NCBI GenBank assembly: GCA_045645345.1
Contig: JAZRIP010000026.1
Span: forward strand, 5,142-69,141
Length of the DNA: 64,000 bases
Source: Christensenellaceae bacterium
Lineage (GTDB): Bacteria; Bacillota; Clostridia; Christensenellales; Borkfalkiaceae
Direction: 5' to 3'
The notes under the pieces are model-generated. The model was not told where the DNA came from. It searched no databases and saw nothing but the letters and a program-made list of their open reading frames with translations. Shown piece by piece: positions 36,260 through 45,127 of this stretch. Each line of letters opens with the position of its first letter. Position 1 is the first letter of the stretch. The translations under genes were made by a program, and so were the position numbers.

Positions 36260-36356
36260 AATATTAAGACGTATTTAGCATTTTATAATACGTCTTTTTT
36301 AATGCTTTATAAAAAATAGTTGTAAAATATGGTTAAATTTGGTATAATTTTAAAAT

Positions 36357-37190
36357 ATGGAAGTAATTGAAATTAAAAACGCAACTTTCAAATACGGCAA
36401 TAGTGATAAAGCCGTCATAAATAACGTAAACCTTAGCATAAAAAAGGGAGAATTCGTTTGTATTTTAGGTAAAAATGGGAGTGGTAAAAGTACTTTAAGT
36501 AAACTTATTAACGGCTTGCTTTTGCCTGAAAGTGGCGAAGTTTTGGTTAACGGACTTTCTACAAGTAATAAATCTAACCTTTTTGAAATAAGAAAAAGGG
36601 TTGGTATGGTATTCCAAAACCCCGATAATCAAATGGTGGCAACAATCGTTGAAGACGATATTGCTTTTGCCCCAGAAAATATAGGTTTATCGAGTGAAGA
36701 AATAGGCAAAAGAATAGATTTTGCCCTTTCGGTAACCGATATGCAAGAATTTAGGTTTTCTCAAGGGCATAGATTGTCTGGTGGTCAAAAACAAAGAATT
36801 GCAATTGCAGGCGTACTTGCCTTAAAACCCGACGTTTTAATTTTAGACGAATCGACGGCTATGTTAGACCCTAAAGGGCGTAAAGAAGTAATGGACGTTG
36901 TTAAAAAATTAAACGACGATGGGATGACGGTTATTTGTATAACCCACTATATGGACGAGGCTTTAAACGCTGATAAAATAATCGTAATGCAAGATGGAGA
37001 AATAGTTAAAAGGGGTGGCGTAAACGATATTTTTAATTCAAGCGTTGACGTAGAAAGATACGGTCTTACTTTGCCAAGAAGTATTTACATTGCTAACGAG
37101 TTAAGAAAAGCAGGTTTACCTATAAGTCAAAACATTTTAAGTGTGGACGAGTTGACGGAGGAATTATGCAAATTACTTGTAAAGAATTAA
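36357..37190 (+). CDS. ecfA1: energy-coupling factor transporter ATPase EcfA1
   Basis: Walker A GKNGSGKST, LSGGQKQR, Walker B ILDEST. First gene of the ecfA-ecfA-ecfT-truA block. Confidence 0.9.
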   Translation: MEVIEIKNATFKYGNSDKAVINNVNLSIKKGEFVCILGKNGSGKSTLSKLINGLLLPESGEVLVNGLSTSNKSNLFEIRKRVGMVFQNPDNQMVATIVEDDIAFAPENIGLSSEEIGKRIDFALSVTDMQEFRFSQGHRLSGGQKQRIAIAGVLALKPDVLILDESTAMLDPKGRKEVMDVVKKLNDDGMTVICITHYMDEALNADKIIVMQDGEIVKRGGVNDIFNSSVDVERYGLTLPRSIYIANELRKAGLPISQNILSVDELTEELCKLLVKN

Positions 37191-38029
37191 CGTTTACTTA
37201 CAACGAAAAAACAGAGTTTAGACGTCAAGCCCTATCAAGCGTTTCCTTAACCATTAGCGAAGGTGACTTTTTTGGAATAATAGGACAAACTGGTAGTGGT
37301 AAAAGCACTTTTATACAACATTTAAACGGGTTAATTCCCGTTCAAAAAGGCTTTTTAACTGTAGGTCAATACGATTTGTCAAACGGCAAAAAAACTGATA
37401 AAAAACTGCTAAAAGAATTGCGTAGTAAAGTGGGTTTAGTTTTTCAATATCCAGAATATCAACTTTTTGCCGAAACGTGCTACGAAGACGTTGCTTTTGG
37501 GTATAGAAATTTTATAAACGGCACTAAAGAAGACGAGTTAGTGGCTGTAAAAACGGCAATTGAAAGTGTTGGCTTAGATTTTGAAGAAGTAAAAAACAAA
37601 TCGCCGTTTGATTTATCTGGTGGACAAAAAAGAAGAATTGCAATAGCAGGTGTAATCGTAACAAAGCCCGAAGTTTTAATTTTGGACGAGCCTGTTGCAG
37701 GCCTTGACCCTTGTGGCAAAAAAGAGTTAATGAAACTACTTCACGCATTACACGAAACACTTTGCAAAACTATTATAGTCGTTTCTCACGATATGGACGA
37801 AGTGTGTGAAAACTGCAATAAAATTGCAGTATTTAGTCTCGGCAAGTGTGTTTTAACGAGTACTCCAAGCCAACTTTTTAGCCAAAAAGAAATGCTAGAA
37901 AATTTGCGTTTAGATATTCCCGTTACTAGTAAAATAGCAAATTCACTTAAAGAAAAAGGTGTTGAAATTTCAACCGATTACAAAATTCAAGACTTTATTA
38001 AACAAATAATAAAAGTTTATAAAAATTAG
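37166..38029 (+). CDS. ecfA2: energy-coupling factor transporter ATPase EcfA2
   Basis: Walker A GQTGSGKST, LSGGQKRR, ILDEPVAGLD. Overlaps the ecfA1 end. Confidence 0.9.
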   Translation: MQITCKELTFTYNEKTEFRRQALSSVSLTISEGDFFGIIGQTGSGKSTFIQHLNGLIPVQKGFLTVGQYDLSNGKKTDKKLLKELRSKVGLVFQYPEYQLFAETCYEDVAFGYRNFINGTKEDELVAVKTAIESVGLDFEEVKNKSPFDLSGGQKRRIAIAGVIVTKPEVLILDEPVAGLDPCGKKELMKLLHALHETLCKTIIVVSHDMDEVCENCNKIAVFSLGKCVLTSTPSQLFSQKEMLENLRLDIPVTSKIANSLKEKGVEISTDYKIQDFIKQIIKVYKN

Positions 38030-38038
38030 GAAAAAAAT

Positions 38039-38845
38039 ATGTTAAGCGACGTTACTTTTGGGCAATATTATCCATCGCAAAGTTTTGTTCATAAACTTGA
38101 TTCTAGGGTAAAATTGCTATTATTAATTGCATATATAGTATTAATCTTCATAGTGAATAATTTCTATGGCTTTTTAGTCGTGGGGATTTTTCTTGCAATG
38201 GCAATTATATTTTCAAAAGTACCGTTTGGCTCAATTTTAAAAAGTTTAAAAGCCATTTTATTCATAATTATATTTACCGTCGTTTTAAACTTATTTTTCT
38301 ACAAGCCCGAAAATCCAACTATTTTATTTTGGGTAATATCAAAAGAGGCTTTAATATTTTCGGCTTTTATGGCGTTAAGGCTTATCTTTTTAGTAATAGG
38401 AACGTCGCTTCTTAGTTTAACCACCACTCCCGTTGCTTTAACTGACGGAATTGAAAGTCTACTTAAGCCTTTAACCATAATAAAATTTCCAGTACACGAA
38501 TTAGCACTCGTTATGAGTATTGCTCTTAGGTTTATTCCTATATTAATGAACGAAACGGATAGAATTATTATGGCACAAAAGGCAAGGGGAGCAGACTTTG
38601 ATAGTGGCAATATAATTAAAAAAGCAAAGGCGTTAATTCCAGTGCTTATTCCGCTTTTGATAAGTGCCTTTAAAAAGGCTGAAGAACTTGGCGACGCTAT
38701 GGATAGTAGGTGTTATAGCGGTTCTAAAATAAGAACTAAATATAGAAAGTTGAAAATGACTTGGCGTGATTTAATAGCAACTTTATTCACGACGGTAACT
38801 ATCGCTACGATTATTTTTACAAATATGTTGGGGGTAGTTGCATGA
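38039..38845 (+). CDS. ecfT: energy-coupling factor transporter transmembrane protein EcfT
   Basis: 268 aa polytopic protein with a CbiQ-type ARG motif region (AQKARGADF). Confidence 0.85.
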   Translation: MLSDVTFGQYYPSQSFVHKLDSRVKLLLLIAYIVLIFIVNNFYGFLVVGIFLAMAIIFSKVPFGSILKSLKAILFIIIFTVVLNLFFYKPENPTILFWVISKEALIFSAFMALRLIFLVIGTSLLSLTTTPVALTDGIESLLKPLTIIKFPVHELALVMSIALRFIPILMNETDRIIMAQKARGADFDSGNIIKKAKALIPVLIPLLISAFKKAEELGDAMDSRCYSGSKIRTKYRKLKMTWRDLIATLFTTVTIATIIFTNMLGVVA

Positions 38846-39576
38846 GAAGGATAATGTTAGTTTTAGCCTACGACGGCACGGATTTTTACGGATATCAAGT
38901 CCAAAACGACGATAGAACGGTGCAAAAGGTTTTAGAAGACGCTATCTATAAACTGACTGGTGAAAAGGTTAAAAGCGTAGCGAGTGGAAGAACGGATAGT
39001 GGCGTTCACGCCGAAGGGCAAGTCGTCCATTTTGATACGAATAGCACTATTCCCCAAAACAAGTTTAAAGACGCTTTAAATAGCCTTTTAGATAGCGACG
39101 TTAGGGTTTTAAAGTCGAAAGAAGTAAACCCCACCTTTCACGCAAGATACGACGCAAAAAGCAAGGTTTATAAATACGTAATTAATAATAGCCAAGTTGA
39201 AAATCCATTAACTAATAGATACGCAACTTTTTATCCGTATAAAATTGATTTTGATAAAATAAACGACGCTATAAAAGAGATAGTCGGCACGCACGACTTT
39301 AAATGTTTTTTAGCAAGTGGTAGTCAAGTTAAAAATACCATACGCACGATTGAATATATAAAGGTTGCTAAAAAAGGCAAACAAATTACCTTTACGATAA
39401 AGGGTAACGGATTTTTATACAATATGGTAAGAATTATTGTTGGAACTTTGCTTGAAATAAGCCAAGGTAGATTATCTACAGCCGACCTAAAAAACGCCAT
39501 AGAAACAAAAGACAGAAAATTAGCAGGCAAAACAATGCCTGCAAACGGATTACGATTATATAAAGTTTATTATTAA
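38842..39576 (+). CDS. truA: tRNA pseudouridine(38-40) synthase TruA
   Basis: YDGTDFYGYQVQ, catalytic GRTDSGVHA, FLYNMVR. Confidence 0.9.
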   Translation: MRRIMLVLAYDGTDFYGYQVQNDDRTVQKVLEDAIYKLTGEKVKSVASGRTDSGVHAEGQVVHFDTNSTIPQNKFKDALNSLLDSDVRVLKSKEVNPTFHARYDAKSKVYKYVINNSQVENPLTNRYATFYPYKIDFDKINDAIKEIVGTHDFKCFLASGSQVKNTIRTIEYIKVAKKGKQITFTIKGNGFLYNMVRIIVGTLLEISQGRLSTADLKNAIETKDRKLAGKTMPANGLRLYKVYY

Positions 39577-39614
39577 AAAACGCCTACCCGTAGGCGTTTT
39601 TATTGTTATAAATA

Positions 39615-40331
39615 TTATTTTAATTCGCCAAGCGAATTCATTGTGATTGCACATAAAGCAATAGACGCAGTTTCGGCACGCAAAATGCGTTTACCTAAAA
39701 ATATCGTCTTGTAATTATGTTTTTTAGAAAGTTCAAATTCTTCTTGAGAAAACCCACCTTCGCTACCAACCACAATCACCGTCGAGCCTTTTATATTTTT
39801 AAAGTCCACTTGATTTTCTGTGGCAAATTCGCAAGCAAAAAGTTTATTTTCGTATTCGGTGTATAACGATAGGGCTTTTTCAAAATCTTCGGCGTAATCA
39901 ACTACTGGTGCAATCGCCCTTTTACATTGTTTAGCCGATTCAATCGAAACTTTGTTTAATCGTGCAAGTTTATTGTCGTTCATATACGCCGAGCAAAACT
40001 TAGAATTAAACACGGTAATTTTACTTATGCCAAGTTCAACTGCCTTTTGTACTACAAGTTCGGTTTTGTCTCCCTTTAAATAACCCGTAAGTAAAGCAAC
40101 TTTAGTTTTAGGCTCGTTTTTACTTAATACTTTTTCTTTAACACTTGCTGTGAAATCTTTTTTATTAATTTTTTCAACTACGCAAACGTACTCGTAGCCC
40201 GAATTATCTAAAAGGACTATATCGTCGCCTTCTTTTATTCTTAAAACGCTTACTGCGTGACGGAATTCTTCGCCGGCAATGGTAACCGTCTGTTCTATTT
40301 TGTTTACGAAAAATCTTCTATAATCACTCAT
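39615..40331 (-). CDS. rsmE: 16S rRNA (uracil1498-N3)-methyltransferase RsmE
   Basis: 238 aa. RFFV N-terminus. PUA-like plus SPOUT architecture. C-terminal LGKRILRAETA motif. Confidence 0.85.
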   Translation of the reverse strand: MSDYRRFFVNKIEQTVTIAGEEFRHAVSVLRIKEGDDIVLLDNSGYEYVCVVEKINKKDFTASVKEKVLSKNEPKTKVALLTGYLKGDKTELVVQKAVELGISKITVFNSKFCSAYMNDNKLARLNKVSIESAKQCKRAIAPVVDYAEDFEKALSLYTEYENKLFACEFATENQVDFKNIKGSTVIVVGSEGGFSQEEFELSKKHNYKTIFLGKRILRAETASIALCAITMNSLGELK

Positions 40332-40339
40332 AACAATCC

Positions 40340-41482
40340 TTATTTTTTAACGAAAAGTAAAGATAAATCTTCAGGTTCGTAGTCTGCAATTAATTTACAA
40401 ATTTTTTCAATAGGTAAGGCTAGTAAAATTTCGCTACCTTTTTTAGTTGACGCTAAACTTTTAAAACCTATATCGCTTAAAGGGTGTGACTTAATAACGT
40501 CTGCAACCGCCTTTCTGTCATAACTATATTCTTTATATAAACTAACGGCCAAAACAGCCATTTTATCGGCGTTTAAAAGTAATTCGCTTAGTTTAAAATC
40601 GTAATACTTTATAGTAGGAATAAATGACGGACAATTTTTAATTATCGTATCAATTTTTTCTCTTTGGTTTAATAAAACGTCAATACACTCTTTTTTAGTA
40701 ACGTAGTCTTTAGACGCAACGTGGTGCATCATAATATAGTCGGGTGATTTTACTTTTATTCTATGAAAGTTTTTATCAACAACGACGTAACCTTCTTGAT
40801 TAATTTCTTGGCTACTTTTATTTAAACTGATTACGCTATTGATACAATCGGTTAAACAACCGATAGGATATTGACAAGGTTTTTTAATTCCTATATCAAT
40901 ATCGTATTCTTCGCCAGTCTTATTGTTTCTAGTTCCTAAATGATAAAGCATAGGCTCGTTGTATTTAACTACTATTTGAGTTAACGGACTTACAAGTTCA
41001 AAAATGTAAGTGTAATCTTTATTTAATAACGAATAGTCTATATCTTTATAATTTTCTGTTTGTTTTATAACGTCGCCGTAAGTTATTCCTACCAAGCCGT
41101 TTATCGGTGCGTTTTCGCTATAAATAACGCCGTTAGTTGAAAATTGCCATTTGTTATTAGTGAAATCAAACCATAATTTTACGATAGAGCCGTCGACTTT
41201 TTCTAAAACCCTTGCACTTTTCCAGTCTATTTCGTCAACGTAACCTTCGTTATAATTTCCAAATTTTCTAAAAGGCCAACAAGCAACTTCAAGATTTTGT
41301 AAGTTAATAATAATTCCACGTGCTTCTTGTACGATGGGATTTTTAAAGTCGCAAGTAATACCGTAGTTGAAAATAGCGTACGGACCGCTTTTTCTCACCT
41401 TTATTTCAAGAGAGTTTAATTGTGTTTCCCAAGTAGTAGGATTATCTTTTATAAAATTACATATAATTGAGTTTTTAGTCAT
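40340..41482 (-). CDS. ATP-dependent RNA ligase, T4 Rnl1-like
   Basis: Nucleotidyltransferase motifs in Rnl1 order and spacing: I EKVDGS (Lys95), III IFELVSP, IV EGYVVVD, V HRIKVKSPDY. Confidence 0.7.
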   Translation of the reverse strand: MTKNSIICNFIKDNPTTWETQLNSLEIKVRKSGPYAIFNYGITCDFKNPIVQEARGIIINLQNLEVACWPFRKFGNYNEGYVDEIDWKSARVLEKVDGSIVKLWFDFTNNKWQFSTNGVIYSENAPINGLVGITYGDVIKQTENYKDIDYSLLNKDYTYIFELVSPLTQIVVKYNEPMLYHLGTRNNKTGEEYDIDIGIKKPCQYPIGCLTDCINSVISLNKSSQEINQEGYVVVDKNFHRIKVKSPDYIMMHHVASKDYVTKKECIDVLLNQREKIDTIIKNCPSFIPTIKYYDFKLSELLLNADKMAVLAVSLYKEYSYDRKAVADVIKSHPLSDIGFKSLASTKKGSEILLALPIEKICKLIADYEPEDLSLLFVKK

Positions 41483-41490
41483 AATTCACC

Positions 41491-42438
41491 TTAATGAGCA
41501 AAAATATCAGCCTTGTTTAAATTAACTAAATCGTCGAAAAATTCTTGACCAAATAAATCTTTGTCTTTACTTTTAACAACTTCTTGTTTTTTCCACAAAT
41601 TAAGTGGACGCATGTGGCAGTTTATTAAAAGGGCTTGATATAAATATTTTTCAAATTCTTCACTAGTTACCTTTTTGCCTAGACAACGCCAAGTCAAATA
41701 AAGGTAAGCACCGTAATTTTCGTGACCGTAAAAATGTGCGACATGGGTAATTTCTCCACGCATATTTAAAAATGTTTTAGTGTAGTATTTGCCTATGTCG
41801 TGGTATTTAACTACTTCTTTTAACCTTTCGTTAAAGTTGTTTTCTACAGCGTATTCGTAGGCTTTAAGCATATGTTCGCCAAGCGTTAAAGAGTGGTGAG
41901 GATTATCTTGTTTAAAATCCATTGTCCACTCAAAGTCGAATTTTACGGGAACGCTATCAAAAATAGGTATTATTTGGTCAAATCCGTCGAAGTAATAAGG
42001 GAGTTCAACGTTGCAAAACATTTTTTGCATAGCGTCGTCTGGAACTTTAGCGTAGCCCGTTCTTAAAGAATTTCTTCTTTTACACTCGTCGATTGAAGTT
42101 AAAAAGAGATTGCAAATTTTTTTGCAAGGAGTTCTATATAATTGTTTTAAAAAAATCTTTCTACGACGGCGACCTAAATTAGTTGCATCAATTACGACGC
42201 TTTTTCCATTTTTTAAAGAATTAGACGCTTTACTTTTAATTTCGTCGAACACCATACTATTTAGATTAGTAAAGGTGGGCATAATTATTTCGCCTAATTC
42301 TAATTTATTTTGCAAATCTTCTCTAATTTCGTCGGAAGACAAAACGACGTAACCTTTTTCTTTATATAGTTTTGAATAAGTGCTTTTTCCACTTGCAGGT
42401 ACACCGCAAAGCATAATTAATTCAAGAGTGTTTTCCAT
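41491..42438 (-). CDS. bifunctional polynucleotide 5'-kinase (P-loop) / HD-domain phosphoesterase (Pnk-HD)
   Basis: Start at MENTLELIML. Walker A GVPASGKST. SSD general-base-like motif. RRRR lid. C-terminal HD domain (NPHHSL...YHDIGK...GHENYG). 8 nt upstream of the ligase gene. Confidence 0.7.
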   Translation of the reverse strand: MENTLELIMLCGVPASGKSTYSKLYKEKGYVVLSSDEIREDLQNKLELGEIIMPTFTNLNSMVFDEIKSKASNSLKNGKSVVIDATNLGRRRRKIFLKQLYRTPCKKICNLFLTSIDECKRRNSLRTGYAKVPDDAMQKMFCNVELPYYFDGFDQIIPIFDSVPVKFDFEWTMDFKQDNPHHSLTLGEHMLKAYEYAVENNFNERLKEVVKYHDIGKYYTKTFLNMRGEITHVAHFYGHENYGAYLYLTWRCLGKKVTSEEFEKYLYQALLINCHMRPLNLWKKQEVVKSKDKDLFGQEFFDDLVNLNKADIFAH

Positions 42439-42445
42439 ATTTATT

Positions 42446-42474
42446 AATATATACAAAATTAGCGAAAATGTCAA
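42446..42474 (-). promoter_or_regulatory. sigma-A type promoter positioned for a leaderless Pnk-HD/ligase mRNA
   Basis: Minus strand reads TTGACA (42474-42469), 17 nt spacer, TATATT (42451-42446), 7 nt, ATG (42438). No SD. Confidence 0.5.
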
Positions 42475-42571
42475 TAATTTTAAGTTTTGTTAAAATTTTC
42501 AAAATTATGATTGACTGTCGTTATTTTTAATGTTAAACTTAAATTAACCTAGAATTAAGGAGATAAAACTT

Positions 42572-44041
42572 ATGGTAAAAGATTTAATTTATGCGTCGCC
42601 TGAAAGTCAAGGTATTAGTTCGCAAGACGTATTAAAATTCATTGATGAAATAGAAAAACACAAAATAAATCTTCACTCGTTTATGTTTGTTAGAAACGGC
42701 AAAATTCTTGCTGAAGGTTATTTTAAACATTTTGATAAAGATTTTAAACACCGTTTATATTCTTCTACAAAAACGTTTCTTGCCGTTGCAATCGGCGTGT
42801 TAATCGACCAAGGCGTATTAACTTTAAAAACTAAGGTTGTTAAATTTTTAAAGCCGTTAATTCATACGAAACTTTGTAAAGAAGTTAAAGATATGACGGT
42901 AGAAGATTGTCTTACGATGAGCCATCCTATGTATGGTGGTAAAGGTCCAAATTTAGATTATAGATTATGGAACGAGGGCTACATAAATAGTCCGGATATT
43001 ATTAAGCCATCGGGTGCTTGTTTTCAATATGGTGCAGGTGCTAACTTATTAGGTGTAGTTGTTGAAATGGCTACGGGTGGTAAGACTTTCGTTGACGTGT
43101 TGCGTCCTATATTCGACGAACTTGGTATGAGTAAAGATATAAGATGCGTTCAAGACTATCAAGGCTATTGTTGGGGTGGCAGTGGTTTAGTTTGTACGCT
43201 TAGAGATTATGCTAAGTTTGGCGAATTCGTTATGAATAGGGGTAAGGTAAACGGAAAACAACTTGTTAGTTTATCATATATGAAGAAAATGACTTCTCAA
43301 CAATATTCTGCAGTTCAAAGTAATAACTACTCACCACTTAAACACGGCTACGGCTACTTTACTTGGATTACTCCAGATGGAATTGCGTTTAGGGGATTAG
43401 GCACTCAAGATTGTTTCTGCTTTAAAAATAAAGACTTTATGTTCTGTTGTCAGGCTGAAACCTGTGGTCCTAACGACGTTGCCGACTTAACCGTGTACGA
43501 CCTTGTTAAGTTGCTAGTTTACGACAAAATAGGTAGAGTTAGAAAAGAAGGCAAAGCGTATGAAAAATTGCAAGCAAAATTAAAAAATTTAAAATCGCCT
43601 TCGTACGGCACTGCGTCAAGCAAGTTTGAAAAAGTGATTGACGGCAAGACGTATACTCTTGGCAATAACGCTATGAAATGGTCTTGGTTTAAATTCGACT
43701 TTACATCTACGGGCGGTACGCTTTCTTATGAAAATGCTCGTGGCGTAAAAACTATAAAGTTTGGTAAAGGCGAACTTATAAAGGCAACTTTCCCAGAAAC
43801 AGGATATTATGACTGGAAAGCACACGTTCCTGCAAATAGGGAATTAAATAGTTTAAACTGTGTTGAGTGGATAGACGAAAACACTCTATTGTTAAGGGCT
43901 CATATAGCAGATATTCCGTTTGGCAGTATGTATACAAGATTTGCTTTCAAAGGAGACAAGGTGGGCGTTGCAAATTCTGCCGTTGGCGAATTTTTATTCT
44001 ACGACTATAACGGATTTGCTTACGGCGAGTTAAAAAAATAA
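42572..44041 (+). CDS. serine hydrolase, beta-lactamase/transpeptidase-like family
   Basis: 489 aa. SxxK motif (YSSTKTF). C-terminal extra domain. Confidence 0.7.
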   Translation: MVKDLIYASPESQGISSQDVLKFIDEIEKHKINLHSFMFVRNGKILAEGYFKHFDKDFKHRLYSSTKTFLAVAIGVLIDQGVLTLKTKVVKFLKPLIHTKLCKEVKDMTVEDCLTMSHPMYGGKGPNLDYRLWNEGYINSPDIIKPSGACFQYGAGANLLGVVVEMATGGKTFVDVLRPIFDELGMSKDIRCVQDYQGYCWGGSGLVCTLRDYAKFGEFVMNRGKVNGKQLVSLSYMKKMTSQQYSAVQSNNYSPLKHGYGYFTWITPDGIAFRGLGTQDCFCFKNKDFMFCCQAETCGPNDVADLTVYDLVKLLVYDKIGRVRKEGKAYEKLQAKLKNLKSPSYGTASSKFEKVIDGKTYTLGNNAMKWSWFKFDFTSTGGTLSYENARGVKTIKFGKGELIKATFPETGYYDWKAHVPANRELNSLNCVEWIDENTLLLRAHIADIPFGSMYTRFAFKGDKVGVANSAVGEFLFYDYNGFAYGELKK

Positions 44042-44256
44042 TTTAACAATTTAATAAATTAACCTATCAAATTCAATTTTGATAGGTTTTTATTTTGCCT
44101 TACTTGTTTAAAATCGATTAAATATGTCATATTTGTACAAAACAAGTCAAATTACGACAAAATAAGTTAAAATACTTTTAAAAAACAGGTTAAAAATAGT
44201 TTATTTTGTACAAATTTAGTGCTATAATGAGATTAACAAATAAAGGAGGCGAATTT

Positions 44257-45015
44257 ATGGTTAAAAATAGTGTCGTAATTTTGCAAGATAGTGAACAAAC
44301 TATAGCGTCAATGAAAAGCGTTATAGAAAGTATAGGCGATTTAAAAGTAGTTGGTCAGTCTATTGATGGAGAAGAAGGATTAAAACTTGTTGAAAAATTT
44401 AATCCAGAAATTCTAATTTTAGGTGTTATTTTAAAAAATCAAGACGGGTTTGAAGTGCTTGAGAAAATTAAATTATTAGGGATAGATACTAAAGTAATAG
44501 TTGTAAGTGCTTTTACAAGAGAAGATATAATACAATCGGCAATTTCTTTGGGTGCATATTATTATATAGCAAAACCTTATAATAACGAAACGTTAATCAA
44601 AAGAGTAAAAGAAATGCTTTTAGGTTCAAAAATACAACAAGCACCCAGCAAGGTTGAAATAAAAAGAAGTTCGCTTGACGAGAAGATAAGTAAAATTTTT
44701 ATAACGGTAGGAATTCCGCCACATATAAAGGGGTACAATTATCTTCGTGAAGCGGTAAAAATGGCAGTTAATAACCCAGACGTTATAAATAACGTAACTA
44801 AGCAGTTATATCCTAGAATAGGCGATTTATTTTCAACTAGTGCGTCTAAAGTAGAAAGAGCAATACGTCACGCCATTGAAGTTGCATGGAATAAAGGTCG
44901 CATTGAAAGTTTAAATAGCATATTAGGAATAAGGGCGTATATGGGTAACGAAAAGCCTACGAATAGTGAATTTATAGCGTTAATTGCCGATAAAATGCTC
45001 TTAGAAGGGGCATAA
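44257..45015 (+). CDS. spo0A: sporulation master regulator Spo0A (atypical receiver domain)
   Basis: Start at MVKNSV with AGGAGG SD. The C-terminal Spo0A-specific effector domain is unmistakable (GIPPHIKGYNYLREAV...ASKVERAIRHAIEVAW...KPTNSEFIALIADKM). The receiver has Gly56 where the phospho-Asp is expected, and Gln10 in the acidic pocket. Confidence 0.9.
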   Translation: MVKNSVVILQDSEQTIASMKSVIESIGDLKVVGQSIDGEEGLKLVEKFNPEILILGVILKNQDGFEVLEKIKLLGIDTKVIVVSAFTREDIIQSAISLGAYYYIAKPYNNETLIKRVKEMLLGSKIQQAPSKVEIKRSSLDEKISKIFITVGIPPHIKGYNYLREAVKMAVNNPDVINNVTKQLYPRIGDLFSTSASKVERAIRHAIEVAWNKGRIESLNSILGIRAYMGNEKPTNSEFIALIADKMLLEGA

Positions 45016-45127
45016 AGGGTAAAAAACAACAAAAATTTTAAAAATTTTGCAAAAAAGTGTTTACAAATTGCATTATAGTGATTATAATAATCAAGCGATA
45101 CAAATTATTGTATAAGGAGTCGTTATA

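Noticed and set aside
44422-44424. Spo0A Gly56 as a simple sequencing error (GAT to GGT is one base)
   Set aside because: I considered this but think it is unlikely to be the whole story. The neighbouring conserved Met-Pro and the first acidic-pocket Asp are also substituted. Read-level confirmation is still advised.
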